Shown piece after piece: positions 61,135 through 64,000 of a stretch of DNA of 64,000 nucleotides (its first letter is position 1; each line of letters starts with the position of its first letter). The notes beneath the pieces are model-generated. The model did no database searches. It was not told the DNA's origin and saw only the letters and a list, made by a program, of their open reading frames with translations. This DNA is from Eledone cirrhosa. Its lineage: Eukaryota. The stretch covers positions 55,862,001 through 55,926,000 of the forward strand of contig OZ024747.1 of assembly GCA_964016885.1 (NCBI GenBank), in the 5' to 3' direction. The position numbers were made by a program, and so were the translations under genes.

Positions 61135-61357
61135 TTAACCCTTTAGTTACCAACTTGGCCAAAACTGGCTCCGGTTCTATTAAATAAAACCACCCATTTT
61201 AATTGTTTCCAATTTAATTTAAAATTTTCCAACATAATTTTATATAAGTACCTTACATTAAGTTACTTTCTTAGTAAACCACTTCAAATTCTTCATTAAT
61301 TAATTAAAATAATTAATTAAATTAAATTAAATAGAAATGTGGTCATGAAAGGGTTAA
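61135..61357. mobile_element. piggyBac-like MITE
   Basis: TTAA-CCCTTTAGTTACCA ... TGGTCATGAAAGGG-TTAA (14-bp TIR with 3 mismatches, TTAA on both sides). Confidence 0.65.
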
Positions 61358-61976
61358 ATATCAGATAATGGGATGTAAACAGCTAAAAATAGATATATGC
61401 CAGAATCTGACAATAATTGTTCCAGTTATTTGATCAAAGAAATGATTGTTCCAGTTATTTGATCAAGAATATGTAGATGGCTGAGTATTCCATAGACACA
61501 TATATGTACCCTAAATGAAAATCTCAGGGACACAAAACCTGACACAGCATGACAGGGCTGGTTCCTTGATTTATATGTACAGTCCTCTCATAGGCTTCTA
61601 GTCAGTTTCTGTCTAATTTATTAATACCATATTACTAATAAATGGTTCTGATACAGGTGGATGGCATAAAAATCTCCCACATTTTGAAGAGATAAAAAGA
61701 AAGATGTGGGTGATCTTTATGCCCCACCCTGTAAAACATTTTTTGGAAGATTTTAATGAGATAGGAACCCTTTAAAATAGGTGCTTGTTTCATAAAACCA
61801 AAGTAGATTTGGGCCAGTTTGGCATGAAGGGGTTAAGAGGTTTATCTTCCATTTAGTGACTTTGTTAAAGTAGTGGAACTGTTTTTTATTTTTAAAGTAC
61901 TTCTTTAGAAATCCCTATTTTCATCAATGTCCTTGTTACTGTTATAAAAGAGGTTTCTTTCTCTGTTAATGGTGTG

Positions 61977-62022
<46 letters not shown>

Positions 62023-62297
62023 CGGTGTGTATTTGTGTATATGTAACATTTTTACCCTTATCATTTTTACTGCCACTGACACATTCATGCAGACACACAC
62101 ACACATATATGTATAAATATATACACATATACATACGTATGTGTGTATATATATATAAATATATATATACATACATACATACATACATATGTGTGTATAT
62201 ATATATAAATATATATATACACATAGATACATATATGTGTTTGTGTATATATATATATACATACATATGTGTATATATATACATACATACATACATA

Positions 62298-62355
<58 letters not shown>

Positions 62356-62749
62356 TACATATGTGTGTGTATATATATATATATATATACACATATATAC
62401 AGCATATACAGCATCAACTGGATGTTATGTGAGTGATATATCACAATCTTTATTGACCTGTCAAAGAAACACCAGGTTCCATTATAGTTTCGACACTTAC
62501 AATAATTCAAAAATGTTTTTAAAATCAAGTTTTATGGACAAGACATATAACAAAATAAAAATGCCAAAGTGGTTTTACCATTTAAAAAAAATTTGTTTCA
62601 TAAATTATATCATCTTTTAGCATTTTTTGTTGTATGTTTTTAATTTTCTGTTGATAGTTTTATTTTTTTAATTTATTCTTTTAATAATATTATTTATAAG
62701 ATTGCAGCTGTGCTAGGACACTACTCTGTTTTAGTCGATCATAACACCC

Positions 62750-63150
62750 AATCCGAAGAGTTTTGGAGTAATGTTACTCAATGGAGTGCGTAGCTTGGAG
62801 ATCAGAGAGCCACTACAGGCAGAGCTGCTGCTTCTCCTAATTGAGAGATCACAGCTCCAATGTGGTTCTAACCACAGCATGTGGTTAGAACATTTCAGGA
62901 AAGATTCGTTGGACAGATTTTACAGGCAAGACCAGCTGGAAGGAGACCCAGGGGTAGACCTCGAGTTAGATGGTTCGATAACATCCATGAACTTGGCTGG
63001 TCTCACTTGGGCATCCAGCTGAATCAGTTGAACATAGTTGTTTCTGACAGGGCCCACTGGAAGGAGTGTTTGAAGGAGTGTTTGAGGAGTGTTTGAGGAC
63101 TCATTTCCCCATGACCCTCTCAGGAATAAGTGGGTGATGAAGAAGAAAAG
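62750..63150 (+). pseudogene. 3' fragment of a further RTE-like LINE
   Basis: IERSQL..ARPAGRRPRGRPRVRW.D.I..LGW..LG. Confidence 0.7.
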
Positions 63151-63233
63151 ATATCACCCACACCATACTTAGTTTCTCTAGCCTGCTACTTATTTAATCA
63201 ATTGCATTTTTGTCAAACTGTTATGTTATGGGA

Positions 63234-63294
<61 letters not shown>

Positions 63295-63744
63295 ACACTC
63301 TCACTCACTCACTCACTCGCACACATATACACACACAACTATGCCTTCATATAATCTAAGTAAAAAGTATATTTACCATTTTTGTATTCTTTATTTTTGA
63401 TGAATTCTTTCTTTTCGAAATGACTGTTATTTTATTTTTTAATTTTAGTTAACTTTTTTAAAAATACAACAATTTTTTTCTTTTAGGAATATGTAGTATA
63501 TCACTTAAACAATGTTTTAAGAGAAAAATCTGTGTTTTTGAGAAACATTGAAGTCATTTGAAATTGTCAGTTGTGTTTAGTTGAGGATGATGTATAGTAT
63601 CTCATATTTATTGGCATTAATATGAGTTCAAAATAATGTTAGTGCAAGTTTTTTTATATGTTGGAATAATACACATGTGAAAACATCACATTAGAAAAAT
63701 AGTTTACAAAAAAAAACATAATGTAGAAAGATAATAATAATAAT

Positions 63745-64000
63745 AATGGTTTGGGAGTAAACTCAAGCCCACTGTATTACTAGTACTTTAATTTATTGAC
63801 CTTGTAAGGATAAAAGGCAAAGTTAACCTTGGTGGGATTTGAACTCGGAACATAACTGTATGCTGCAAAATATCTCAGGCACTCTAACAATTCTACCAAT
63901 CCACCATCTTTATAATGATAATAATAAGGGTTTCTGACTTAGACACAAGGTCAGCAATATTAGGGGTAGCAAATGTCGATTAAATTGACCCCAGTGCATG
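63745..64000 (-). mobile_element. SINE family B, one copy plus the 3' end of a second
   Basis: Reverse complement of the 40964-type unit (gggatttgaactc, aaggcaaagttaacc, cacaaggtcagcaat). Confidence 0.75.

Overview
AT-rich eukaryotic (animal) DNA with no convincing host protein-coding gene. The combination of very long interrupted (TA)n tracts, RTE LINEs and tRNA-derived SINEs suggests an octopus/coleoid cephalopod genome (inference). Most ORFs in the supplied track are microsatellite or antisense artefacts. Real coding content is all retroelement-derived: one apparently intact 1039-aa RTE LINE ORF (APE + RT with an internal PHD-type C4HC3 finger) plus truncated relatives, three copies of a CR1/L2-group LINE, a decayed CsRn1-type Ty3/Gypsy, an L1/Tx1-like remnant, and two Penelope-like elements (PLEs). 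Features the ORF track misses: at least three well-formed type I hammerhead ribozymes on the minus strand (two with the compensatory U3-A8 core, one with a very long stem II) plus several decayed ones, mostly in cassettes embedded in (TA)n. There is also a mosaic SINE sharing parts with two different RTE families, a 48-bp RTE/SINE tail unit expanded into arrays, and several foldback palindromes. All calls are by eye; ends are approximate unless stated.
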